DNA of 16,669 nucleotides from Candidatus Iainarchaeum sp. (GTDB lineage: Archaea; Iainarchaeota; Iainarchaeia; Iainarchaeales; JAFCCJ01), in assembly GCA_043816965.1 (NCBI GenBank), contig JBDRHK010000063.1, positions 1 through 16,669 on the forward strand. The letters run 5' to 3'. The translations under genes and the position numbers were made by a program. The stretch's first letter is position 1. Each line of letters begins with the position of its first letter. Shown in pieces: positions 8,070 through 16,529 of the stretch. The notes under the pieces are model-generated. The model did no database searches. It was not told the origin of the DNA and saw nothing but the letters and a program-made list of their open reading frames with translations.

Positions 8070-9272
8070 GTGGACCCGGAACTTGTGAGTAAGGCTGTTT
8101 TTTTGCTTGGCATACTTATTGTCGGGTTTGTGCTTCTTGCAGTAATTCCTATCCCCGGATTTCCAACTGATGGGAAACTGGAATTTACTTCCCTTAATCT
8201 TGAGAAGGAAGATGTTGCCCTTGGTGAGAAAGTTGCGATTGATATTGCCGCAAGCGGCGGAAACGGGGTTAAGGAGATTACTGTTGAGGGCGGGGGAATA
8301 ATGGAAAGGATTGATTGCGGAATGGGCGCGGAATGCAGCAAAAAAATTGAGCTGATTTTCAGGCAGGTTGGAAACTATTCATTAAAGGTTAAGGCTGTTG
8401 ATTCCGGGGGAACTTCCATTGTTGAAACAGTACATGTGCGGGTTTCCGGCAGCGGAAAAAAATGTTCAGACCAGACCCTTTTCGGCCAATGTTCTGCGCA
8501 AAGGCCTTTAATCTGCATAAATGGGGAGCTCCTTTCTGACTGCGAAAGTTGCGGCTGTCCTCTAGAGGGGATTTGTGAAGGGGGGGTATGCAAATCTGTT
8601 GCTGTTGATGCGAAAATTGCGAGATTTGATTCATTGAAAAAAAGGGTTCTTGATGATGAGGAAATTGGGTTTGTTCTCCAGGTAAAGCCTGCAGGGAATT
8701 TGGAGATTCAGCAGGGGGCGCCATACAAACTCAGGGTTGAATTAGAGGGGGCCGATAGAAATTTTATGCTGGAGTATGATATTGTTCTTGAGCAATCCCT
8801 CTCCTGCTGCAGGGGGGAATATGCGGTGCAGGGAATTATTCCATCCGGAGAGCTTTCTGTTGGGGATTATTCTGCAACTGCAGTTTTGCTGGACCCGAGG
8901 GAAAGGGATGGGAATAAGGCTGTGTTTGACAGCAGGGTTGTGGGGGAATTTGTTTCTGTTTTTGAGAGGGATGATGTGCCGCCATCAAAACCACAGGCTT
9001 TAAATTTTACAAAAACTGAAGATGGAATTAGGCTTAGCTGGTCTGCCAACAGCGAAGCAGATCTTGCAGGCTACAACATCTATAAATCGACAGATGTCGG
9101 GGAGTTATATATTCTTTATTCGCTTTCCGAAACTGTCAGCTCCGAGGAAACCTCCCTGGATTTAACAATTTCAGGGAAGGGAAGATTTCACTTCACAATA
9201 ACTGCATTTGACCTTTCAGGGAATGAATCGGAATACGGCCCAGGCCTTTTGGTTGAGTTGGATGGGGTTTAA
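8070..9272 (+). CDS. Membrane-anchored surface protein: Ig-like, Cys-rich and C-terminal fibronectin type III domains
   Basis: GTG start after GGTGA, and an N-terminal TM helix. GNYSLKVKAVDSGG is an Ig/PKD-like strand, followed by a Cys cluster. FN3 signature PPSKPQAL...LSWSANSEADLAGYNIY...TAFDLSGNES. Confidence 0.85.
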   Translation: MDPELVSKAVFLLGILIVGFVLLAVIPIPGFPTDGKLEFTSLNLEKEDVALGEKVAIDIAASGGNGVKEITVEGGGIMERIDCGMGAECSKKIELIFRQVGNYSLKVKAVDSGGTSIVETVHVRVSGSGKKCSDQTLFGQCSAQRPLICINGELLSDCESCGCPLEGICEGGVCKSVAVDAKIARFDSLKKRVLDDEEIGFVLQVKPAGNLEIQQGAPYKLRVELEGADRNFMLEYDIVLEQSLSCCRGEYAVQGIIPSGELSVGDYSATAVLLDPRERDGNKAVFDSRVVGEFVSVFERDDVPPSKPQALNFTKTEDGIRLSWSANSEADLAGYNIYKSTDVGELYILYSLSETVSSEETSLDLTISGKGRFHFTITAFDLSGNESEYGPGLLVELDGV

Positions 9273-9317
9273 ATATGAGTAATTACATAAATTTAGTGAG
9301 TTTTGGTTGTGAGAAAA

Positions 9318-10994
9318 ATGGCTAAAAAAAAGGGATTGTTTTCGGATTTTTTCAAAAATCTGGGCAACATATTCAAAAGGAAGAAAAAGGCCCCTGACAG
9401 GAGAGCGCCAGCAAAGAAGAAACTTTCCAGCAAGAGTAAAAAGATTATTGAGGAAACAAGGAAAAAACTCGAAAAACTGGAACAGGAGTCCAGAATTAAG
9501 GAATCTGCGGCATCTCAGGTAAAAAATATGCCCCTGGAAAAGCCGCCTGTGCCAACCAAAGAGGAATTTTTGGGGCCATTGTATTCTAAAAAGGGGGCAG
9601 AGGTTGCTGGAAAAAAGGAAATACCAACCAAAGAGGAATTCTTAGGGCCATTGTATTCGAGCCAGGAGAAACCGGTGGAAAAAGTTTTTGGGGAGGATTC
9701 ACCAAGAACAAAAAGCAAATTTGAGAGAAGTTTTGATGTTGAAAAAATTCCGGTAAAAAAAGAGGACGTAAAGGAAAGACCAAAGGAAAAGATTAAAACA
9801 GGGGTGGAGATTTTTGCCGCAAAAAAGATATCCCCAAAAAAGAATGTTGTGGTGAAGAAAGCCGAGATTAAGAAGCCAAAAGTTAAGCCCAAGTCAGGGG
9901 TAAAAATTCCCAAAAAAGTTATCCCCGAAAAAATTCCTGCGAAAGTTATTCTTGAAAAAAAGCCTGAGCCAAAACCAATTATGGCTGAGAAGCCGGTGGA
10001 AGAAAAACCTAAATCTGAAAAGATGCCTGTTGAAAAACTTGTGGTGGAAAGAGCTGCCCCTGTTGCCAAGCCAGCGCCGACAAGGCCAGCGCCGATGAGA
10101 TCAGCACCTATGCCTGAGAGGCCAATGGCGGCAAGTGTTGTTTCCACGATACAAAACTTTGATGAGCAGATATCGATTACGAAGGAACTCATAAAGAGCC
10201 TTAACATGGACTTTTTCAAGCGAAGGATTACTGAGGAGGAGTACAGGAGAAAAACTTTGGAATACAGGGAAAAGATGAAGCTCCTGGAGATAAGGAGGAG
10301 GAATGTCCTGAAGGCGCAATCAGACGGGGCTGCTGTTGCCCAGGCTTTCAGGCCTGTGACTGCTGCCGAAACAAGGAATGCAGTAAGCCAGACAAAAGTG
10401 CACCAAATCCTAAAGGCAAAGGCAAGGGGGAAGATTGATGACCATAGGCTAAATGAGCTGGAAAATAAGTTGACTGAACTCGCAAAGAGATACAATCTCT
10501 CTGAAAAGGAGCTTGAGCAGGATGTTCTGGATATTGATACCAGCAAAACAATTGAGAGCTTCAACAAGCTTGTTTCATTGATTGATTTGGAAAGGGAGGC
10601 CAACAGGAGGCTGGACCAGGTCAGGATTGTCGGTGTGCCCAAGGCATTTAAGGAATCCGCAAAGGAGGTCGAGGCGATTAAGGGAATAGCAACAGAAATA
10701 AAGAAGCACAGGATTGTTACGGATTTTGATAAGATTGTTGCCATTGTTGGCCAGCAGGGGAAGCTGAAACTGAGCGAGCTTTCAGCACAGCTCAAAATAG
10801 ACAAAAGGACCTGTTCAGGGCTGCTCCCTGACCTTGAGAAGGAGGGGCTTCTGGAGATTAAATACCCTGCATTTGGGGAGGTTTCGGTACAGCTTCCGGG
10901 CTATGATGATATGCAGAAGGTTTTGAAGGAGAAGAAAAAGGCCGAGGATAAGGCGAGGAAATTGCAGGAGAATCAAAAGAAAAAGAATAAATAG
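9318..10994 (+). CDS. Lys/Pro/Glu-rich cytoplasmic protein with coiled coils and a C-terminal winged-helix-like domain
   Basis: ATG 9318, with TATA-like TTTAAATA at 9268-9275. Low-complexity N-half. IVTDFDKIVAIV..QGKLKLSELSAQLKI...LEKEGLLEIKYP fits a wHTH pattern. Confidence 0.8.
   Translation: MAKKKGLFSDFFKNLGNIFKRKKKAPDRRAPAKKKLSSKSKKIIEETRKKLEKLEQESRIKESAASQVKNMPLEKPPVPTKEEFLGPLYSKKGAEVAGKKEIPTKEEFLGPLYSSQEKPVEKVFGEDSPRTKSKFERSFDVEKIPVKKEDVKERPKEKIKTGVEIFAAKKISPKKNVVVKKAEIKKPKVKPKSGVKIPKKVIPEKIPAKVILEKKPEPKPIMAEKPVEEKPKSEKMPVEKLVVERAAPVAKPAPTRPAPMRSAPMPERPMAASVVSTIQNFDEQISITKELIKSLNMDFFKRRITEEEYRRKTLEYREKMKLLEIRRRNVLKAQSDGAAVAQAFRPVTAAETRNAVSQTKVHQILKAKARGKIDDHRLNELENKLTELAKRYNLSEKELEQDVLDIDTSKTIESFNKLVSLIDLEREANRRLDQVRIVGVPKAFKESAKEVEAIKGIATEIKKHRIVTDFDKIVAIVGQQGKLKLSELSAQLKIDKRTCSGLLPDLEKEGLLEIKYPAFGEVSVQLPGYDDMQKVLKEKKKAEDKARKLQENQKKKNK
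9552..9658 (+). repeat. 35-bp direct repeat (9552-9586, 9624-9658) encoding PTKEEFLGPLYS twice
   Basis: Copies are 72 bp apart and differ only at synonymous sites (TTT/TTC, TTG/TTA). Confidence 0.9.
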
Positions 10995-11029
10995 TTCAAA
11001 ACAGGAGATAATAGTTGAAAGGTGCTTGA

Positions 11030-14000
11030 ATGGTTGATAAACTTTTGAAAAAATATAATCTGGAATCTGAAAAGGTAAAGATTGAGATAAGCATTGTCCA
11101 CAAGGAGGGTTGTTATGTCCTCAGTTATTTGCTCGACATTCCTGAGTATGGGGAAGGCACTGAGGCCATGCTTCATGGGCTTAAGAAAGACCTTATAATG
11201 GACACCAAAATCCAGACCGAAAGAATGCTGGAGCCGAAGTTTATTGATGAGCTTAAGGAAAGGTTCAGGACAAGGGCACTTACAATCATGAACAAAAAAT
11301 TGCCTGATCTTGACCTTGAAACAAAGAATGCGCTTATTGGAATTCTCCTGAGTGAAATGCTTGGTTTGGGGAAGATAGAATTTTTGCTCAGCGACGGTAA
11401 CCTTGAGGAGATTGTTGTCAATTCATCCAAGGAGCCTGTCTGGGTTTACCACAAGGAATTCAGGTGGCTGCAGACAAATGTTTTCATAAAGCCCGAAACA
11501 GAGGTGCAGAACTATGCGAGCATTATTGCAAGAAGGGTGGGTAAGCAGATAACAATTCTCGAACCACTCCTTGATGCCCACCTGATTACAGGTGACAGGG
11601 CAAATGCAACTTTATTTCCGATTTCAGGGAAGGGAAACACCATTACAATCAGGAGATTTAAGAGGGATCCATGGACTGTTGTTGATTTCATAAAAAACAA
11701 GACAACCAATTCAGACGTAATGGCCTTGATTTGGCTAGCGATGCAGTATGAGCTGAATATAATTCTGAGCGGGGGAACCGCATCAGGAAAGACATCTTTC
11801 ATGAATGTATGCATGCCATTTATCCAGCCTAATAACAGGGTTATTTCAATTGAGGACACAAGGGAATTGTCTTTGCCAGACTTTCTCCATTGGGTACCGA
11901 TGACAACAAGGGAGCCAAATCCTGAGGGGAAAGGTGGTGTCTGTCTTTACCCTGGAACCTGGTTTGTTACCGGCGACGGTGAAATAAACGAAATATCTGA
12001 ATACGTTGAAAACCGGCTTGCAACCAGGCCGACTCAGAGAATAGAAAAGGGAGTTCTGGCTGGGGAGGGGCGAAGTGACACGGTTTTGGCTGGTGACCCG
12101 GAAAAATTCAGTTACCAACCAGAGAAAATCAAGATTGTATCAAGAGTGACGGAAAGGGAATATGTTTGCAAGGTTGAATGTGAAAATGGCGAAACAATGG
12201 TGCTGACGGAAAACACCAAACTGCCCGTGATTGGAGAAAACGGGAAAATTGAATTGCTTACGCCGGGAGAGATAAAACAAGGAAAATTTTATTTGCCTGC
12301 CTTTACCAAGCTTGACATAGAAGGAAGTATTCAGGAGATAAATGCACTGGAACTTTTCTCCGAAGGCGAATTCTATGTCGTTAACAAACTTAACCTGTTT
12401 CTGGATTTAATCAGGGAGCAAAAAGAAAGGGGGCTGACCCTTAAAGAAATAGCAAAAATGTGCGGAATGAAAAGACAGGCATTTAATTGGTACAAAAAAA
12501 CAGGCATTGTAAATATTGGTGTGTTAAAGAAACTTACCGAAAAAAGTAGGTTAATTAACATGGAACGGTTGGAAACGGAGGTTTCTTTGGTTAAAGCAAG
12601 GGGACAGGGAGCAAAAACAGTCAGGATACCAAAACAGATTGATGAGGACTTGGCATACCTTGCAGGGTTTATTTTGGCTGAAAAAAGCCTAAGTCCAAAT
12701 GGAATCCATATTACCCAAAAAGATGAGCTGCCAGAAATTGAGCGCTTGGTCAAAAAAATCTTTGATATTTCTGTAATCCATAAAAAAAGGGAATACAACC
12801 AGTATAGGATTCTCTCACAAATAGTTATGAAAATAATGTGCAATGTTTTTGGGGCCACAAAATCAAAACAGATAAGGGTTCCAAAATGCATTATGAGAAG
12901 CCATGACCAGGTCATAGCATCGTTCCTGGCAGGATATATTGATGGTGACGGTACAGTTGGCAGAAAAAGAGTTTCATTGGCGACAGGAAACAAAGAGGCT
13001 GCAATAGAATTCAAATACCTGTTAACAAGATTGGGTGTGTGGAGCAGAATCCAAAAAGCGAAACGAGCATGGGTTGTCAACATCTGCACAAGAGAAGACG
13101 TGAAAAAAGCATGTAAAAAAATCGGTTTCAGGCTTGTGAAAAATAAAATACGGGCCGAACTAGTGAAAAAAACAAATTACAGCTACAACACTAAGAGAAA
13201 CAGGATTCCTGCAATGATGCTGCACACATATCTGAAGGGGCTGATGCAGCCATTGAGTGTTGAAGAAAAAAGAAAACACCTTTATCATGTTGCCTACAAC
13301 CAAACGAGTTTACCGAAAAACTATTTGCAAAAAATGTTAATGCATACAAAACTTAGCAAAAAAGAAATTGAAAATATGCAATTGTTTTTAAGGGAGGATC
13401 TGGAATTTGTAAGAATAACTGATGTAAAAATAATTAGAAACAAGAAAAATATTCCAAGCTATGACATTACGCCAGAGAAATCAACATACTTTGTTGCAGG
13501 CATAAACAATCTGACGCTTGTCATGGATACAATGCTTGACCTTCTTGTTAACAGTTTGAGAATGAGGCCTGACAGGATTATTGTTGGAGAGGTAAGAAGG
13601 CAAAGGGAAGCTGAAGTTTTGTTTGAGGCAATGACCACAGGGCACAGTGCCTATACAACAGTACACGCAAACACTGCTGATGAAACCATTAGAAGGCTTA
13701 CAAACCCGCCAATTGAACTTCCAGCCAGCATGCTTGATTCTGTTCACCTTAATGTTGTGATGTTTAGGAACAGGAGATTGGGAGTTAGGAGGGTTTTGGA
13801 ACTTGCTGAATTTGTCCCTGAGAAAAGAGGGGATACTGAATCCATAAAGGCAAATGTCCTCTATAGGTGGATGCCTGCCCAGGATGTTATTGGTAAGCAT
13901 GCGGATAGTGTGAGATTTTATGATGAACTTTCCCTGCATACAGGGCTTACGATTGATGAGATAAACAAGGAGATTGCATCCAAGAAAAAGATTCTTGAAT

Positions 14001-14119
14001 GGATGATAAAGCACGACCACAGGGATTTGGAGCATGTTGGGAGAATAATGGCGACATATTACATGGACAAGGAAGAAATAGAGGCATTAGTCAAAAAGGA
14101 CGCCGATTTCAAGCTGTGA
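11030..14119 (+). CDS. Type IV pilus assembly ATPase (TadA/CpaF/VirB11/FlaI family), intein-containing; about 500 aa after splicing
   Basis: EEIVVN, ITIRRF, Walker A SGGTASGKTS, Asp box ISIEDTREL, LRMRPDRIIVGEVR (Walker B) and His box TGHSAYTTVHA. Followed by two platform genes. Confidence 0.95.
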   Translation: MVDKLLKKYNLESEKVKIEISIVHKEGCYVLSYLLDIPEYGEGTEAMLHGLKKDLIMDTKIQTERMLEPKFIDELKERFRTRALTIMNKKLPDLDLETKNALIGILLSEMLGLGKIEFLLSDGNLEEIVVNSSKEPVWVYHKEFRWLQTNVFIKPETEVQNYASIIARRVGKQITILEPLLDAHLITGDRANATLFPISGKGNTITIRRFKRDPWTVVDFIKNKTTNSDVMALIWLAMQYELNIILSGGTASGKTSFMNVCMPFIQPNNRVISIEDTRELSLPDFLHWVPMTTREPNPEGKGGVCLYPGTWFVTGDGEINEISEYVENRLATRPTQRIEKGVLAGEGRSDTVLAGDPEKFSYQPEKIKIVSRVTEREYVCKVECENGETMVLTENTKLPVIGENGKIELLTPGEIKQGKFYLPAFTKLDIEGSIQEINALELFSEGEFYVVNKLNLFLDLIREQKERGLTLKEIAKMCGMKRQAFNWYKKTGIVNIGVLKKLTEKSRLINMERLETEVSLVKARGQGAKTVRIPKQIDEDLAYLAGFILAEKSLSPNGIHITQKDELPEIERLVKKIFDISVIHKKREYNQYRILSQIVMKIMCNVFGATKSKQIRVPKCIMRSHDQVIASFLAGYIDGDGTVGRKRVSLATGNKEAAIEFKYLLTRLGVWSRIQKAKRAWVVNICTREDVKKACKKIGFRLVKNKIRAELVKKTNYSYNTKRNRIPAMMLHTYLKGLMQPLSVEEKRKHLYHVAYNQTSLPKNYLQKMLMHTKLSKKEIENMQLFLREDLEFVRITDVKIIRNKKNIPSYDITPEKSTYFVAGINNLTLVMDTMLDLLVNSLRMRPDRIIVGEVRRQREAEVLFEAMTTGHSAYTTVHANTADETIRRLTNPPIELPASMLDSVHLNVVMFRNRRLGVRRVLELAEFVPEKRGDTESIKANVLYRWMPAQDVIGKHADSVRFYDELSLHTGLTIDEINKEIASKKKILEWMIKHDHRDLEHVGRIMATYYMDKEEIEALVKKDADFKL
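11942..13528 (+). mobile_element. Intein (529 aa, ORF residues 305-833) with LAGLIDADG homing endonuclease and HTH insert
   Basis: Block A CLYPGTWFVTGDG. Endonuclease blocks LAYLAGFILAEK, FLAGYIDGDG and YLLTRLGV. Block F SYDITPEKSTYFVAG; ends LVMD before Thr. Removing it restores the family-typical GKGGV-TMLDLLVNSLRMRPD. Confidence 0.93.
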
Positions 14120-14123
14120 TTCA

Positions 14124-15023
14124 ATGGATCCAAAAACATCCATACCGATGAACCCTTTCCCCTTTCCGGTTCTCTATACTTTAAGTACCAGATTCACCGG
14201 TTTTGGCTTTAAGGTTGCAGGAGCTTTCCCATACCTGAAAATGGAATTGGCACAGGCTGAAATAGACCTTCATATTGAGGAATATGGGGCAATAATGTTT
14301 TTGCTCGCAGCTATCTATTTTGGGTTTGGTGCACTTACCGCTTTTCTGTTTTCTGTTGGTTTAAAGCTTGATCTATTTACGTCCATTGCAATATCAATTA
14401 CTGCAGGACTTCTTTTGGGGCTTTTTATCATTGTTCAGCTGAGCATGTTCCCGAAAATAAAGGTGAAAAAGAAGGTGAGGAACCTTGAAAGGAATTTAAT
14501 TGATGCATTGAGGACAATGCTTGTTGAGATAAAATCAGGGGTAAGCCTTTTTGATGCTATTTCAATGGTTTCAGATGGTGAGTTCGAGGGCGTGAGCAAG
14601 GAATTCAGAAAAACAGTTGAAAAGATTAATACAGGGGAATTGCAGGAGCAGGCAATGGAAGATATGGCCTCAAATAATCCCTCGCTCTTTTTCAGGAGGT
14701 CAGTATGGCAGATAGTGAATGGCCTGAAGGCAGGGGCAGATGTGAGTGTTGTAATGGGCGCATTGGTGGATTCCATGGGCAAGGAGCAGAGAAACCAGAT
14801 AAGGGAATATGGTTCTGCAATGAGGCTTATGTCCCTGATTTACATGATGTTAGGGGTGATAATTCCTGCACTTGGCTTTACTTTTATCATAATTCTGGCC
14901 ACTTTCCCCCAAACTTCCATAGGGGAATGGCTTTTCTGGTTCCTTTTGCTTTTCATCCTGGCGGCACAGTTCATGTTTCTGGGATTTATGAAATCAAGGA
15001 GACCAAATTTAATGAGTGAGTGA
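14124..15023 (+). CDS. Type II secretion F-domain membrane platform protein (TadB/TadC/FlaJ-like)
   Basis: Multiple TM helices; LERNLIDALRTMLVEIKSGVSLFDAI...GVSKEF pattern; directly downstream of the ATPase. Confidence 0.9.
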   Translation: MDPKTSIPMNPFPFPVLYTLSTRFTGFGFKVAGAFPYLKMELAQAEIDLHIEEYGAIMFLLAAIYFGFGALTAFLFSVGLKLDLFTSIAISITAGLLLGLFIIVQLSMFPKIKVKKKVRNLERNLIDALRTMLVEIKSGVSLFDAISMVSDGEFEGVSKEFRKTVEKINTGELQEQAMEDMASNNPSLFFRRSVWQIVNGLKAGADVSVVMGALVDSMGKEQRNQIREYGSAMRLMSLIYMMLGVIIPALGFTFIIILATFPQTSIGEWLFWFLLLFILAAQFMFLGFMKSRRPNLMSE

Positions 15024-15024
15024 C

Positions 15025-16020
15025 ATGGTTGAGATATACAAAAGGCTGGCGGCATTTCTCCCGGATTCCATTGTGGGCGCTTTCAAAAAGCAGATGGATT
15101 ACCTGGATATTGATATCAGTGAGAAAAGGTTTGTTGGTTTTCTTTTTATTTATGGCTTGATTCTTAGCTTTTTCCTTGCATATCTTGTTGAAATTTTCAA
15201 TATACTTTCTTATTTTATTGCATTCCCTTTCTTCTTCCTGCTTTTTACGGGTGGAACCTATCTCTGGCTCAGCATTGCTGCAGAATCAAAGGGGAAATTT
15301 GTTGAGAGCATTTTGCCTGATGCCCTGCAGCTTGTTGCATCAAACATGAAATCAGGCCTTACAACAGAAAGGGCTTTGCTGCTTTCCGCAAGGCCTGAAT
15401 TTGGCCCATTGGAAAATGAGCTTCGGGATGCGAGCAAAAGGATAATGGCAGGTGCAAGGATTGATGAGGCATTAAATGAGATTCCAAAAAGCATAAAGTC
15501 AGTCATTCTGGAAAGAACTATTTGGCTGGTTTCAAAAGGGATTAGTAGCGGTGGGCAGATAGCGAACTTGCTGATTCAGCTGAGTGATGATTTAAGGGAC
15601 CAGCTTGCGCTAAGAAGGGAGATAGCGGCAAATATTTCGATTTACATAATGCTGATTTTCTTTGCGGCAGCACTGGGGGGGCCTGTTCTTTTCGGGATAA
15701 GCAGCTTTATTGTTGAAATTTTAACCAAACAAATGGCAACTATGCCGGAAATAAACGCCTCAAACATTCCAGGGGGAATGGGGTCAAATGTCTCCCAATT
15801 TTCCGGGGATAAGGAGCCGATAAGTGTTGAATTTGTCCAGATGTTTGTCATGATTATGCTTGTTACAACAAGCCTCTTTGCGTCGCTAACCATCGGCGTG
15901 ATTAATACAGGCAAGGAACAGGGTGGCCTAAAATACTTCCCGATAATACTTGTTGTCGCATTTATCCTGTTTTTTGGAATAAGGATGCTGCTTGCAAGCG
16001 CTTTCTCTAATTTGGTTTAA
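15025..16020 (+). CDS. Second type II secretion F-domain membrane platform protein (TadC-like)
   Basis: ESILPDALQLVASNMKSGLTTERAL...EFGPLENEL and SSGGQIANLL; TM helices. ATG 15025 preferred over GTG 15016. Confidence 0.9.
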   Translation: MVEIYKRLAAFLPDSIVGAFKKQMDYLDIDISEKRFVGFLFIYGLILSFFLAYLVEIFNILSYFIAFPFFFLLFTGGTYLWLSIAAESKGKFVESILPDALQLVASNMKSGLTTERALLLSARPEFGPLENELRDASKRIMAGARIDEALNEIPKSIKSVILERTIWLVSKGISSGGQIANLLIQLSDDLRDQLALRREIAANISIYIMLIFFAAALGGPVLFGISSFIVEILTKQMATMPEINASNIPGGMGSNVSQFSGDKEPISVEFVQMFVMIMLVTTSLFASLTIGVINTGKEQGGLKYFPIILVVAFILFFGIRMLLASAFSNLV

Positions 16021-16031
16021 GAGATGCCGCT

Positions 16032-16487
16032 TTAAGCTGTACCTGAGCAGGTTGTTGTCTCTATGTGAATTATGCCTGAGTCAGTAGTGTATGTGATTGT
16101 TATGGTTCCATTGTAGGTTCCTGTGACTGCTGCAGTGAATGCTGTATCTAATGCATCACTATTATTGACTGAGAAATTGCCCCCGCTCCCGATGTTTGTG
16201 ATTGTTGATGCATCTGCCCCTCCAGCGAAATCCCCGCCATATGCCACACCTGTTACATCAATTGTGCTTCCTGCGCCGTTGCCAAATGCAATTGTGATGG
16301 TGTCGCCTGCAGCAGATACTGCATGATCCTTGTAAAGCAATTTATCAAGGCCTGCGCATCTTGCGGCTGCTGGGGGATTGAATATTCCGAAAGCAAACAG
16401 GGCCGCGACAACAATTATGATTACAATCAATGCCCAGCCATAGGTCATCAGGTATTCCAATGCTGATTGTGCTTTTGAATCCATCAT
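16032..16487 (-). CDS. Archaeal type IV pilin, probable major pilin
   Basis: SKA/QSALEYLMTYGWALIVIIIVVAALFAFGIF class III signal. Small Thr/Gly/Ala-rich beta domain with two Cys. Has its own promoter-like sequence. 'Major' is inference. Confidence 0.9.
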   Translation of the reverse strand: MMDSKAQSALEYLMTYGWALIVIIIVVAALFAFGIFNPPAAARCAGLDKLLYKDHAVSAAGDTITIAFGNGAGSTIDVTGVAYGGDFAGGADASTITNIGSGGNFSVNNSDALDTAFTAAVTGTYNGTITITYTTDSGIIHIETTTCSGTA

Positions 16488-16505
16488 CTATAGAACTGCA
16501 AACTA

Positions 16506-16522
16506 TTATATAATTCTTTTCC
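16506..16522 (-). promoter_or_regulatory. BRE/TATA promoter of the pilin gene, probably giving a leaderless transcript
   Basis: Minus strand reads GGAAAAGAA-TTATATAA, with the TATA box about 20-26 bp upstream of the ATGs at 16487/16484. Confidence 0.6.
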
Positions 16523-16529
16523 TTTTTGC

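Noticed and set aside
9552..9658. 35-bp direct repeat with 37-bp spacer as a mini-CRISPR
   Set aside because: Two copies only, in frame within a CDS, differing at synonymous positions, with no cas genes nearby. Better explained as a peptide repeat.
9515..10804. 429-aa minus-strand ORF, and other long antisense ORFs (4308-4997, 12373-13089, 13481-14035)
   Set aside because: They lie opposite well-supported genes, have the Ser/Phe/Leu-rich composition expected from antisense reading, and show no motifs.
10806..10840. Possible short compensated frameshift in the wHTH (RTCSGLLPDLE versus alternative-frame VQGCSLT)
   Set aside because: The ORF is open as given, and the alternative reading rests only on my impression of the helix pattern. 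It needs reads or homologues.
11030..16020. Archaellum motor (flaI/flaJ) assignment
   Set aside because: Two separate platform genes, no flaH/flaF/flaG or archaellin-like genes, and adjacent pilin/vWA genes favour a pilus, so gene symbols were withheld.
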